A DNA stretch of 64,000 bases, taken from contig NW_002060943.1 of assembly GCF_000150275.1 (NCBI RefSeq), positions 7,572,066 to 7,636,065 on the forward strand, read 5' to 3'. Each line of letters starts with the position of its first letter. The stretch's first letter is position 1. The position numbers and the translations under genes are program-made. The notes under the pieces were generated by a model, which was not told the origin of the DNA, did not search any database, and saw nothing but the letters and a program-made list of their open reading frames with translations. The DNA comes from Trichoplax adhaerens. Lineage: Eukaryota; Animalia; Placozoa. Shown in pieces: positions 37,979 through 52,300 of this stretch.

Positions 37979-39044
37979 GACTTTTTGTACAGTACACTAC
38001 AGTACAGTACTGTACATACAGTGTACTGTACACTGTACAGTACTGTGTACTGTCCATTCTCCGCTGGGTGCTAGATAGAAAGAAAGAGACTAGTGTTCAA
38101 ATGTACAGTAGAGTGACGTACGTACAGCGAGTGACGTCAAGCAACGCCGACCACCGACTCCCAATGTCGAGTTTGGAGTCCCCCCCGCCCGCTCTAAAAG
38201 TCAACCCGAAACCCGATTTGAACCCGACTCGAGGGTGGGGTTTGCTTTGAAAATTTCTGCGGTGATACAGTGTTTGTATAGCGATTGGATTCATTTCGGG
38301 TTGCAAAATCAACCATTGGATCGGGTTCGGGTTGCACTTTCACTCCATTGAAAGACTCTACGCCTGGTATTGTATCCAAAATGAGATCGATCAATCGTTG
38401 GATAGGGTCTTTTTGGGGGTGTTTGCTTTGCCTATAAAAAGTAGCCACTACAGTTAAAGAGAAAAGTATACAGTACCATGCAGGTTAAATCCTTTCTACA
38501 GATAGAATGCCCCTCGATTTCAACCCTTTCAAAAGTCAGTTCAACTGTATACAGTACTATACTGCAGACTGCTGGAACTACTCTGCAGTACAGTGTACAG
38601 TGCTTTACACTGTAAGCAGTGTACTGTACGACCGCTGTCCACTGTACTGCTATTCATTGCTGACGGTCGTGTACTAGTATGGTACGGTACGGTACAGTAC
38701 CACTTGCAAAAGAGGGAAGAAAGAAAAGCTCCTCTTGCCCAGACTCGATCCTTCGCTTGGTTGCCGATCCAATCCGCTGCAATCAAATTAAAATTCAGAA
38801 ATAGGAATACCTTCCATCAACTGTATCATACAGAATAGAATTAACGGATTGGGTCTCTATCTTAACAGCAAGCTGAAACAATTTCCCACTGGATAACAGT
38901 GCCATTGATAAAGTAAGTAATAAGACAAGCGATCAAATAGACAAATAAATGGAGTCAAGAAAATTGCATCCTGGACGCCAATTGACCATACAATTAGCTG
39001 CTACACGTTCCAACTTGAACAAAATGCAAATAGACCATCCATTC

Positions 39045-40135
39045 AGTTGGATCGCTTCAAAATTACTATTTTTCCATACTTCATTAGACCATCTAGGTGA
39101 GAAAATGATGTTGTTAAGAGGTTGATTTGCCTCTTCCTTTCATTAAACGACCCATGTATACAGACAGCATAGTCAAGTGCTGCGTAATACGCCTTATTAC
39201 TGTATACCGACCGATCCAAGGCAAATACCCTACTCTCAGTCCATCTTGCGGCCCTATTACAGTTGGATCGGTTGAAAAATGATCATTTTTGCCATACTCA
39301 ATCAGATCGTCTAGCTGAGAAAATGATGTGGTTAACAGGTTAATTTATCTCTTCCTTCAACTACCATACATAGTGAAACGCTTGGCAATACGCTTTACTA
39401 CAGTATATATATTGATCCAAGGCAAATCGTCTTGTCTCAGTTGAAAAGTTTTTTTATTTTTCCATACTCAATGAGATCATCTAGCTGGGAAAATGATGTG
39501 GTTAACAGGTTGATTTATCTCTTCCTTCAACTACTGTAGAGATTGAAACGCTTAGCAATACGCTTTACTACAGTATATATATTGATCCAAGGCAAATCGC
39601 CTTGTCTCAGTTGAAAATTTTTTTTATTTTTCTATACTCAATGAGATCATCTAGCTGGGAAAATGATGTGGTTAACAGGTTGATTTATCTCTTCCTTCAA
39701 CTACTGAGAGATGGAAACGCTTGGCAATACGCTTTACTACAGTATATATATTGATCCAAGGCAAATAGCCTAGTCTCAGTTGAGCTGGCGGCTTGGATCG
39801 GTTGAAAAATTTTTTATTTTTCCATACTCTATGAGATCTAGCTGGGAAAATGATGTGGTGAAGGGGTTGATTTATCTCTTCCTTCAACGACTGTAGAGAT
39901 TGAAACGCTTGGCAATACGCTTTACTACTGTATATATATTGATCGAAGACAAATAGCCTAGTCTCAGTTGAAAAATTTTTCTATTTTTCCATACTCTATG
40001 AGATTATCTAGCTGGGAAAATGATGTGGTTAACAGGTTGATTTATCTCTTCCTTCAACTACTGTAGAGATTGAAATGCTTAGCAATACGTTTTATGATGT
40101 ATTGATCAAAGGCAAAATACTCTAGTCTCAGTTGA
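39045..40135. repeat. Tandem repeat, ~6 units of ~167-218 bp
   Basis: TTTT(C)CATACTC...CTAGCTGGGAAAATGATGTGGTTAACAGGTTGATTTATCTCTTCCTTCAACTAC...GATCCAAGGCAAAT...GTCTCAGTTG recurs with the CATACT core at ~39074, 39292, 39462, 39632, 39822 and 39989. Confidence 0.92.
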
Positions 40136-43100
40136 GCTTGCGGTCTGTCATACACTGACAGTCTAGTATGGATTGGATGTAATATTGAGTTATAAGCAGC
40201 TTGATTGCCACATTATTTCTTGCACAACCGAATCGTTCCACTTTATGCATCCTTCCAATTGCTATTATTAGGTAGCAAGTAACTCTATTCAATACTATCA
40301 CTATGTTAGGCATCGTTTACCTTGGAAGTTCCAGGCAATAAAATAGCTCAACCAGGCTTAACGCCTAGTTTACAAACTCCTAATCAGGAAAGCCTTTTAT
40401 TCATGACAAATGCAATGCAATCAATTCTCTTTTACTGGTATGGCCTTCAATTCAATACCACCTAGCTGTATCGATAGATGGGGTGTCCAAGCAATGTAAT
40501 ACTGTACGCGTAGATCGCCTCAGGCCAAAAAAAAAAAAGGATGCAACACTGTGCTGCACATACACTATCGTCAATTGATAATGGTCCACTTAGCAGCAAA
40601 ATGAAAGAGTAAAATGCTGTACAGTACTGTGTGCACGACGTTAAACGTAAAGCTAACTCAACCATCCAAAGCTTTGGCTAAGGGAGGATCTACAAGTGGA
40701 TGCTTTCTCTTTCCTTTATGGCGTAGCTTTAATTCTGTTTCAATTTATCGACCTTGGCATAATGATTGTGTGTATAGTTTACTGTCACGCTGTGTAACAA
40801 TGATGTAGTGAGAATTTGAACCGTAGATAGGACGAGTACACTTTTGCTAGCCTACTGTAATAAATTGGAAGATTACTTCGCTTAAACCGTATGCAAGAGC
40901 CATATTAGTCTTGCACGACTGTACTATCAAGGGAAGAGGATGTGAAATAGCATCGAGCAACGATTGATTGCTATCAAGTCGACAAATCTCCAACAAAGTG
41001 ATATACTATATTAATAATTGACTCACTCTCTGAACAATAAATTTTGGGCAAATTGCAATAGAGTATCTAGCCTCTACACAGTCTTATTTTGAAACTTGAT
41101 CAATAGTACTTTGCAGTATGCATGTTCAAGGTATCCTCTTGACTCAAACCATGACGTTTTGCGTCAAAAAAAAATGGCCATAGATCATCCAATAACTGAC
41201 TACTCATGACAATACTTCTAGATATATATATATACAGCAAACTTCTACTCATCACTTGATGAGAAATAGACCCTTTGTATACAATAATTAGATATTGTAA
41301 TTGCGCTTGTATTTGCATTCATGAAATGGTAAATTTATTTGTTCACTACTGTACACACATCTGAACGGCGAAGATGAATAATAAATGTTTTCCTAGCAGT
41401 TACAACAAAAAATAAAATTGGACTTTGTAGAGAAGTTTACATAGCGCAGCGTCTAATAGCATCTTGTGCATAGCAATACTATGTAGTTGACAGTATAGCG
41501 CAACTACTTGATAGGAGTTCTGAATTTTACAACTGTTGTAAAGGAAGATAGTGCTGAAATGGCCACCAAGTTCTCCCAATTTCATAATCATCAATGTGAA
41601 TATTCTTTTGTCTCGAAGTGAAGAGAGTCCCAGCGATTGCTACTGCAGTCCAAAATCTTCCTTTTTAGAACTTGTGTATCTTGGATTGGTTATCCTCCGG
41701 ATACAAATATCATTCACTTAAGTGATTCTCCTACTCGAGGATATCAAGCGCTGCTGACTTGTGTATATCATGTCAGAGAGGTTATTTTACAGGGAAAATT
41801 ATCCTACTATACTGTAAAAAGAGGAAAATAAAACTTGTTCATGCCATGCATACGGCAACTACAGTTGACAGACGAAGCCATGCCCTAATCGACAGCAAGG
41901 CCCCATGACTAGGTAGCGCCTTCACAGTAACGATAACGAACAAGCGCTACCCAACTTGGATTATTCAACATCTGAGCTTAAATATAGTCCTCTACTTTAG
42001 AGTGTAGCATACTACAGACAGAAAAAGGGCCTCCACCAACAATTCTGGGGTATTTTACATAGTTGTGAGAGCGCGCTACATGCCATTATAATTAATGATG
42101 ATTATCACCATCATTATCGTGGTTTCTATCGAACAAACCCCGCTTCCATTCTTTCTCGACGCTCGATTGCTTTCCTTCTCAATCGCTGTCATGATGAATA
42201 ACTTTTTAGAATAAAATGTTGAATAGGCTGTCGTTGACCTCGATATTAGAACCTCATGACTTGAATAGAGCACTATTTAAACAAATAAAATTGTTTATTA
42301 TCGTTTATTTAGAGCTGATGACGATATGATGCAACTTCCCAGTTACATTGATTAATAGAACAGAAAAACAATTATAATCATTCTATAGGATGAGTAATAA
42401 AATCGATCAGTTAGAATTGGATTTTTTTTTTTAATTCCGTTCCATTCAATCTTACATGTTATCTGTGTCTTCGTATAAAATTAGTCAATCTCGGGTTGCT
42501 ACCGTGCAAGAAGAATTGAGGTTTTGCGATGCTTAAAAGCCACTACTGTAATATTTTATTGCGACGTAAAAATGACTCAAAAACTCCTTGTCTACAATGG
42601 GGTAAGAGTAACCTGTGGGAAAATATCCATTGCCTTTTCTACTATACTGTACTTGGAACCGGCGTACAACTAGCAATGAATCAAATAGAAATGACATTGG
42701 CTGACTGTTCTAGCGCTCATTAATAGTTATTATGTTTTGCATATTATCTCATTTGACAAGTAGAAAGCTTTTTGATTAGAGTCTTCAAATATAGTCATAT
42801 ACGCCATTGGAAAGTTCGCTTTACATTCTCAGCGTGAGTCTTGTTTTTGGCCACAACTATCCAGTTGAGTATGATTCATCAATCGTATTCCTCAGCAGGC
42901 ATTCTACTTGGTAATACTATGATAGACAAACTTGTACATAATATTTAGTAGATCGGATTGAAAAACTGTACCTTTTTTGGAGTAGTACTGTGCACAGTAG
43001 GGAATTTTCAACGACGTAGTAGTCTAGTAAATGGACGTCATTTTTTCAATGCCGGCTACGCATACATACATGATTAATGTGTCTACTGAAGGTAACATGG

Positions 43101-44866
43101 TCAAGATCTACTCCAATTCTTGTTGGGTTTCAACCCGAATCTTGATTGCGCTCTATGCGGTAAAGCACAAGGTAGACATTGACAAAATTCAACAAGAACT
43201 TACTAGAACCAGAATCGAGTATTGCTGTTATTGATCTAGAATACTAGAAACTAGTTTTTTCCCATCATAGCACCCAATGCCTACCATACTACGTATGAAT
43301 TATTATATTGTTATTAGCGCTTGACTATACCTTATTACAATATTTTGAAAAATTGGGGGTGGATAAAGGAAAATCATCTTATTCTGTAATCCATAATTAT
43401 TGAACTTTTTGTGTAGCAGTCATTTCGTTATTATTCACTGATTCCACAAGTACTCGAGATTACTGTATATCAAAGATGATTTCCAGACAACTACTTCTAG
43501 AAAAAAAATGAGTAATTACTATAATATTATGCTATCTTCGATACAGTATGCCATTAAGAAATAGAATAGGCACACTACTGTCGACGCATTCTGCAGTACT
43601 CTACTCTACATCTACAGTAATCTTATTTCATCAAAGTGCAATGAGTCATCATTCAAAATTGTTACCTCAGTCATGCCGCCAGTTAAATTGTCAGCCAGTT
43701 TGGTAACCACCAACAAAGATTATTATTCATCATAGTTGGATATGAATAAGCAAAATTAGCAGTCAGTCAAGCAGAAGTACACGGGCAATTGACAATCCAT
43801 CAGCATTAGTTATCATAAGAGAACAGTAAGAGTACAACTGATCCAAACGTAGAATCCAATCTAGCTACTAGACCGAACGATGGATGCTGATGACAATGAA
43901 GTATAAAACGGTAAACTAGACAAACATATCAAAATGCCATATTTTTGATGTCTTTATGCTTTCATGGGGTATCCGTTAGCCCTTACTAGGGTTCTACTGT
44001 ATTTTTTCCATCTGTATGTTCTATGCTGAGCTTCTACTTACTTATGCCTCTTGAATACAACGTTGTATCGTGATCATAGCGTAGCTCAACAGAATATCAA
44101 CTTTAAAAATTCATATTAGTATCACCGCCTTTCATATACAGTAGTTCATGAGTATACAATAGTAGATGAGGCTAATCCCAAAGCTAAAAAGCTACTAATA
44201 AACCCCATTGATCGTATCTGAACACTGACAGGATATGACACAATATTTTCATTTCTTGATCATGTCGACGATAGTTTAAACAGATATGTTTCAACTGTCA
44301 ACTATCTATTTCCTGACATTAGACGACAAACTTCCCAGTTGCTTTCTTCCTTACCATGCATACCTATCTCTTCATTTTAGATCACACGATATTGTGTAGT
44401 ACGAGACATTTGGCATGCTTACTAATAAAGGCAATAATACTTTTGAACAGCTCCAATTGACTTCATGCTGTTTTAACTAATAAAATGATAATTACTGCAC
44501 AGCGTACTTGTGTTGCTAATTTTTGTAATAGTTGCTGTGCGATATATTTGCCAGTATATCGTAATCGGTTAGTGAAGTAGGAATCTCTTACTGTATATCA
44601 TAGATCTATTGGTGAAATCTATCAAGTATTATCGCATTAATAGATCACCTTTTAAACCGTAAATTAAAATTATCAAGGAAGTACACTACGGTAGTTCATA
44701 CTTGAATTTAAAAACTTTTTTAACTGTTATTGCAATGATTGAACTTCAACTTTGTGCTCCGGTTTCAATCTACTGCATATTTTAATTCTCATGGATGTAC
44801 AAAATATATTTTTAGGTTTTACATCTTATCGAATAATCTACTTGGTCTTAATAACAAAGCAAAAAA

Positions 44867-47800
44867 ATGGGAAATAAATTTAATAGCAAATCGTGCCGTC
44901 TACTTGTTATGATGGTTTTAACATCTACCTTTTTCTTGGCTGAAATAATCGTTGGTTACATTACAAAATCGATGGCATTAGTGGCAGATTCTTTCCATAT
45001 GCTGTCTGATGTAGTAGCCTTATTTGTCGGATTGTTCGCGGTCCGGGTAAGTCCTAAAAAAGTGCAAGCTTTTGCGTTTGTAACTTTTAATACCTGGTAC
45101 TAATCTTATCTAGATAGCGCCTTATCCAATTTCGAAAACTGCTAACTATAAAGATAAATACAGCGCGATACTTTCTTGCGTCTACAGTACGAACAGTAAA
45201 TAATAAAAATTATTATACAATTAACATGTAATAGTTCTTCATTACCTTGTTTCCCCTGTGACCGTATACTGCAGGAGTGTTATTAATTATCTTCACAACA
45301 ATTTAGTACGGCATTATTTTAAAGATACTTAGATCACAATTTTACAGGCGTCTTATCATTTACCTAGCAAAATCCGCGACAATACACTGTAGCAGTATTG
45401 ATTAGCTATATTTTCACAACCACTTACTACAGTATTTTAACGCTGTTTCAATTACAGCTTTTTAGCCACTCTTACAATCTACCCGGAATTCTCCTTTACT
45501 TTCACTTATAATTCAATAAATGTAAACCTAAAAGTTGTATTTGTATGGACAGTATGCTGTACTTTGCTTATCGCTAGAACAGTAGCTACTAGTCTTTACA
45601 ATCCTGAAGAACCAACGGTAGGCTTCACATAATTTACTCAAAAGACAATTCAAAGTAACAGATAGAAATATAGTAACGCGTATCTACTGTGCATCTAACT
45701 TTCACACAGTACATTATCTTACATGCGAGCTATTAACTTCTCAATTCCTATTATTGCTAATCGCACTTTACAGAATGTGTGCGATTTAGTAATTCATTAT
45801 GGAGGCCAAACTACTGCATACTAAAAACCGTATAAGTAACTACAGGATCTTATTCATTAACTACAATATGCATAAACGGTACAGCATTTATACTATATTA
45901 TGCATTCCTTCGCATGAATTACCTGATTTAGTAGCATAAAGAAAAATATATTTAGTTGCTGAAGTAATAGTCCTACTATAAATCTTAAATCCTGTTTGCT
46001 GTTAATGGATTTATGTACCTCTTCATGATTTGCTTGGCAGTCAGTAGTTATATACTACTATAATATCATATGTATGATATCAGGATATTTCTCTCGCCAA
46101 TACTACACTAATACTACTTTATAAATTAGATCTCAAAACGGCGTTCTGATAAGAATACATTTGGTTGGGCTCGAGCCGAAGTGTTGGGAGCGCTGGTAAA
46201 TGCCGTATTTTTACTGGCTTTATGCTTCTCAATCTTGGTTGAATCTTTGAAGCGAATTATTGAACCAGAAAAAATTGAAAATGCTATCTTAATTGTTGGC
46301 GTTGGTAGTGGTGGCCTTTTCTTGAATCTAGTTGGATTATTCCTATTTCGAGGTTAAGACTTGTCGATTATTTTAAACGTTACAATCATGCCCCCAGACT
46401 ATTTTGTGAAATTTAAATGATAGCACATGTACTGTAACATTTTACACCCAAGTCTAAGTTAATGTACTAAATGTTAATCATTAAACTTTCATTGTTCATT
46501 AAAGTCAAGCGTAACTACTGAAGTAACGTTGTTATCACCTTTGGTTATAGTAAATTATATAATTTGGATGCATAATATGCCGAACAATACTAGTTGTATA
46601 AATAGGTGAACATATCTTTATATGGCAGTACTAAATTTGCAATTTAATCTATAATAGGTCACGGTGGTCATGGCCACAGTCACGGTGGCGGTGGTGGCTC
46701 ACATGGTCATAGCCATGCAAATAGCAACCGTACTCAAAAATTAGAAAATGGCAGTGTAACGTCTGGTGAAGATAACAACAAGAAAGCTACTCAACTCCGT
46801 AAGTCGACAATATTCTAAAGTGCAGCATTCAGCTATTGTTAGTGTTAGAATTTAGGTATTCATTATATTTCCAATTGCAGAAATAAGCGTAAAATTGTTA
46901 ATATCATTAAGTAATATTTGTGTATGTATAATTGATTAATAGAAAGTAGTACCCAAATGAATATGAGAGGAGTATATTTACACGTTTTGGGTGATACTTT
47001 GGGATCCGTGATTGTTGTCATCAGTGGATTGATGATTTATTTTATCGAAGAGAATTGGGTGATTTACATTGATCCAGGAATGAGGTACAAGAAGCCGGAA
47101 AAATACCTCTATACCTTAACTGTCGTGCATTTTTTAATTTATATTTTCGATATTTTAATTTTGTAGCATTCTTATGGTGATTATTATAATGAAAACTACT
47201 ATTCCCCTTCGTAAGTGTTATGCTACTTATAGAATTCTTGGAATGGTAGTACCGCCAGTAACAATGTCCTATAAATAACCTCTTATTCCTATTAATAGTT
47301 AAGGAATCCTCTCTGATATTACTGCAAACGGTGCCAACACACATTAACGTGGAAGAAGTTCAAGAAAGATTATTGGATACGGTTAGATTTAACTTTTAAT
47401 AAAAACTATAATTTTGATAAAAAAATCTCTCATCAATCTTATTCATCTTTCTTAGATTAATGGTGTCCTTAGCATTCATGAATTTCACGTCTGGCAGTTA
47501 GCTGGCAACAGAATAATCGCGTCTTGCCATATCAAATGTCGTACTCCTCTAGATTATGTTAGTATGGCACGTGATCTAAAGAATTTTTTTCACGAGCTCG
47601 GTATTCATTCGACAACTATTCAACCAGAATTTGAAGAGGTAATTGTATGCTATTTTATTAATAATATCGGCTAAGTGTTCGTACGTCTCGATTATAATAT
47701 TTTTCATTTTGAAGATTTTTGTACGTAGCAACCCACGTAATACAAACTTGTATCATTATTACTAAAAAGTTTATTATCTATGAAATAGATGGATCAGGAC

Positions 47801-47983
47801 TCTTCACCGATTAAAGAATGTAACTATGCATGTACTAATCACGGTGAATGTCGGAATTTTACATGCTGCGGAGAGGGAACAAAAGTAATGAATAACCGCA
47901 ACAAATCACTGTTAATGGCGTCAATACTAGAAGGAGATTATCAAATGGACGACGTTTTATCGGAACGAGTATCTACCGTCTAA
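44867..47983 (+). CDS. SLC30A1: CDF zinc exporter, ZnT1/SLC30A1-like
   Basis: ADSFHMLSDV (His in TM2, zinc-type rather than the Asn of ZnT10), NTFGWARAEVLGALVNAVFL, His-rich loop GHGGHGHSHGGGGGSHGHSH, NMRGVYLHVLGD, ILLQTVP, HEFHVWQL, GIHSTTIQPEF and a C-terminal Cys cluster. 8 coding exons. Confidence 0.92.
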
Positions 47984-49311
47984 ATTTTATTGCTTTAATT
48001 TTGTAATAAAAAATTTACAACTTTCGCTAAATAGATTTTAGTCCCAAAATGATTCTTTAAAAATAGCCGCTTGATGTATCGTTCAAATTATTTCTTAAAT
48101 AATTACAATTAATTATTGATTGTTAGCATTTTAAAAATTCGTACGAACTGTATTATACAGCGTATAATGCGTATAAAAAAAATAATTAAAATAAGATTTA
48201 AATCGTTCTGTACTTACAACGTTGCGTAAATGAATATCAATTCCTGATTATGTATTATAGGTATTGATTAAGTCGATACAGCAGTAAAATGTATATTTTG
48301 TTTTGAAGGGTAGACTACTTTGTCTTTCGATTGTAGGAATAGACATAGCATCAAACTTTTCAAAGTTTTACATTGATCTACTCGTACTACGTTTAAAATT
48401 CGCTAAACAACAATTGGCAAAGAATCATAGATTATTAGCAAGTCTTTCGGTAGTCTATCTTATTGCATTGAAGAAATATTTCTACTAAACGATGGTATGA
48501 ATTTGTTAAGTCAATCTATACCCTGTGTGCAGCTTATTGTCACTTCTGATCTTATTACCCAGCAAGACTAGGGACAGCACTAGTTAAAATTATTTCTATT
48601 TAATTTAAATTTCAACTGCAGCCTACTGCCATAATAAGGAGGAGTAACTATTTGTCTTGTTCCTTAGCGTTCTTTAAGGCTATTGAACGTACTAAAATTG
48701 AATAAATTTAATTTTGTTTCACTTATTTGCATTTTCTTTCATAACAATCATTTTAAGAGTCGATTAAGCAATAAAGATTTTCAAACTTTGAATCAAGTAA
48801 GATACGTAATATTTATCGTTTAATGAATGTTTTCATAAAGTGAAGATTAAGTCATCATGGGCAAATAATTAATTATAATTTATAACCTATGCATGATATT
48901 TAATAAACTCAGTTTAGATTTCATATAGAATACTACGATATTATGATTTTGAGGTCGAATGAGAGACATTATAATTTCAAGAGAGATAAAATAGCATTTA
49001 ATACAAAAAATAAAGTTATTGTCTTGCAATTAGTGCCTTTATAAACGAACATGAACAGACTTTCATGTATTTTATTTTAAAATATTGATTAAAAAGCAAA
49101 ATGGTAATTATCTATCTGTGTACATTCTGAAGATTTCCTGTTCTTTGAATAAACATATGTAGATAACAGTGGATCGATGAATAACGATAGGCGATGGAAT
49201 CATGCTTCTTTAACACAAAATTCATTAGTTTATCTTAACTTTCTCACTTTTTTATAATATTCATCGATTTTTTCAAAGCGAATAAAGTAAGAAGTGAATG
49301 CGAGGTAGCAT

Positions 49312-52300
49312 TTATGAGCGTCCAGCTCTTTCAAGTTGCTCTTCAGTTAAGAAATAAGCTGGCAAATAATAATATCCATCAAACTGCAACAGCGGCTCAG
49401 CTTCGAGCGTACCCTCTTTTATGAATGTTTCTATTTCATCTCTAGTTCGCCTTAGTGATGAATTAGGTTTTGTATTATGAATTCCACCAAGCGATGTGTA
49501 TCCTAAATCGTATAATGAACAGTAAGGAATAGAACTGTGCCGTAAGAATTGCCAAATTTCAGAGTATGACCAATCCTTTTGTTATTAAAATTAATAAATA
49601 TATCTTAGTAGCAGTTAAAATATAGGAAACCACAGACAGAAACTATCAACGATATAACAGAAAAACGCTATTATTCACGAACTAGTATAGGATGAACTCT
49701 GAGATATTCAGGCCAGTCTCCATCTGTCATACAAAATGGGGTCAATTGATCTAAACGAATAATATAACATATTACCAATAAGTGTACAAAGGTTACTTTG
49801 CTTTACTTGTATGAAATATGTTCAAGTTGGTCAATAAACACAAATTAATCAACTTTCATCTCATTACTTGAATAAGGATCAGCTCTTCGTGTACCCATAA
49901 TTACAGCTTTTACGGTAGGTTCTCTCTATGTTTCAGTAATTAATTAAATCAGGCATTGTAATACAAATACTCCTTTTTAATTTGAAAGCGTAAAAATTAC
50001 GATATGTATAAAATAGCTTGGTAACATACGATAGAATATTCCTCCAACGCTGACTTCATATCAGAACTAATTGTTGTTATATCCAGATTATATCTAAAAT
50101 TGATCCAATAGAAATTTATTTAATCACGATTATTGTAGCTATCACTAATACGATGTTTAGGCATTAAAATAGCAAATAGTAACAATTAATTCCATAGTGA
50201 TATACTATATTATATTGCTAGATGTCAGCATGAAAGAAATAACCCTAAAAACCGATCTAATCAAGTACCATAAAATCATCACCTGTCTACGCATTTGGAA
50301 ACGAACTGATCCATTTCAGTAAAGATATCTTCAGATTTCGTATAAATTGCTTTAATTTTGGGTATTTGTTCAGGAAATCGACTAATTATAATTATTAAAT
50401 GAATTAATGAAACTAAGCAAGAAATAGATACAAATAAATATGCTACAAGTTGCTATAATAACAGAGGATTTTACTATACTACGCAAATTCGAAAATTACC
50501 TACGAATCATCAAGCAAAATATTATTTAATAATAGTTAAACCCTATGCGCAAAAAATTCTACATTCTTACCAACCTTTTTACAAAGCAGTAAAATATATG
50601 GAGTATCACAGTACAATCTTTACCACCATTAAAAGCAATCGCTATGTTATTTAAGCTGTATTATTAAAATAGAGAAAAAAAGCCCATTTATAGTTGAATA
50701 TATCGCATCAAACCAATGGCAAAGTATATCATTTCGCATAAATTGCGTACGTCAAATCTCACATTACCCATATTGTTCTAGTGCCCTATCCACTATTTGG
50801 AAAGCTTCTTGAATTCTTTTACTATTAGGATGCTCTTCATTCTGAACCTCGTTTAAAAATTCTTTATAGTTTAGGGGTCTATTGAAAAATTTATTTAAAT
50901 ATTCACTGAATCATACCATTATACGACAAATTGAAACGACATTACAGTATAATAACAAGAGTTTGCTTACTAACTTAGGCTTTGCCTCACCGCTGTTACT
51001 ACTTTCTTCATCAAGATTTACTATACTTTCTAAAACGGAAAATAATTCTTTAATGAGAATGCCAGTTCTTGGCAATCAGTAAAAGTATTAAATATCGTAT
51101 GCATCGGTAATACCTTTCTCCAACGATGCAAGCAAACAATCATAAGCCTAAATATAGACGTAATAAAGTTATTTCTTTACTTGTATATATTCATGAATTG
51201 ATTACGACTATTTTTACGCATTCTACGCGTAATTACTTTATTCGATTAAGGATGTAGTAGTCTGGATTATAAATGTAAAGCTTACCTCTTTTAAATCGTT
51301 TTCATCACTAGCTTCAATAGTAATCTTAACCTTATATTGGTTATTATTAAAGACCGGGTAAGAACCAAGATCAACTCGCCCACTGTATTTACGGCTAATT
51401 TCATTGAATCTTTCGGCAATCTCCAGTTCGTTAACATTTAGGTATATTACTTTTTTATAAAATTGCTTAATCTTAGAACCATATTCGTCCTATTACAAAA
51501 CAATAGAATACGTACAAGCAAAAGTTATACCAAATCTGAACTAATTTATTTTTAGGAATTGCGACCAAGTAGAGATAAAAATAATTAATTAGACAGAGCT
51601 ACTACATTCTATATTAGTAGTTGAATCATTTCATGTTCATCATAATTAATACCTCAAATATTTTGAAAAGACTCTTTAGAAAAATTGGAACGCCAGGCAG
51701 TATAAATACATTTTGTATGTTATATAAAGGTAATAATAACTTTCCACTCTTTGAATATTTTATTTGACATCTGGATGGAATCTTTATAACAAATTGTAAT
51801 TGTAATTGATAAAGATTCGTTAATTAGAAAGTCTATGCTGAAATTAGACATTCCAATCTAATATACGTTGAAATATAGGATGAAGTTAACAAACCGTAGC
51901 TAATCTGATTTGAGCTTCAGTTAAGTTCTCGGTATTGTAATACAACTTTAACTTTTTAATTAAGTCAGGCTTAGGTTGCAGTTCATCTTCAAATGCTGCA
52001 GCTACAGCTAGATTAAAGAATGAAGTCATGACACGTATTATTAAGTTGAAGCGAATTATTCATTTTAGAAATGACCTCTAAAAAGTCTTATTGTGCTACC
52101 CTTGAAGGAGAGCTTTGGAATAAGAATTGCAAGTGCTAGTAATGCAAATTGCGTTAATTGTAAAGTCAAGTTGCTGTCAATGATAGTACTCTAAGGAGAA
52201 TACATTGCATGTTATTACCATGTACTCAACCTAGATTAGCAAGTTCAACTCTATTGTTTGTGAGGAATATTGATGAGAAATAAATTACTGCGTTTAAATG

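Noticed and set aside
39045-40135. Tandem C/D-box snoRNA cluster
   Set aside because: ATGATGT only approximates box C, and no consistently placed CTGA box D with a terminal stem was found.
40100-44860. MTF-1 metal-response element cluster upstream of ZnT1
   Set aside because: Only one TGCRCNC match was noticed (minus strand, 40629-40635), which is expected by chance.
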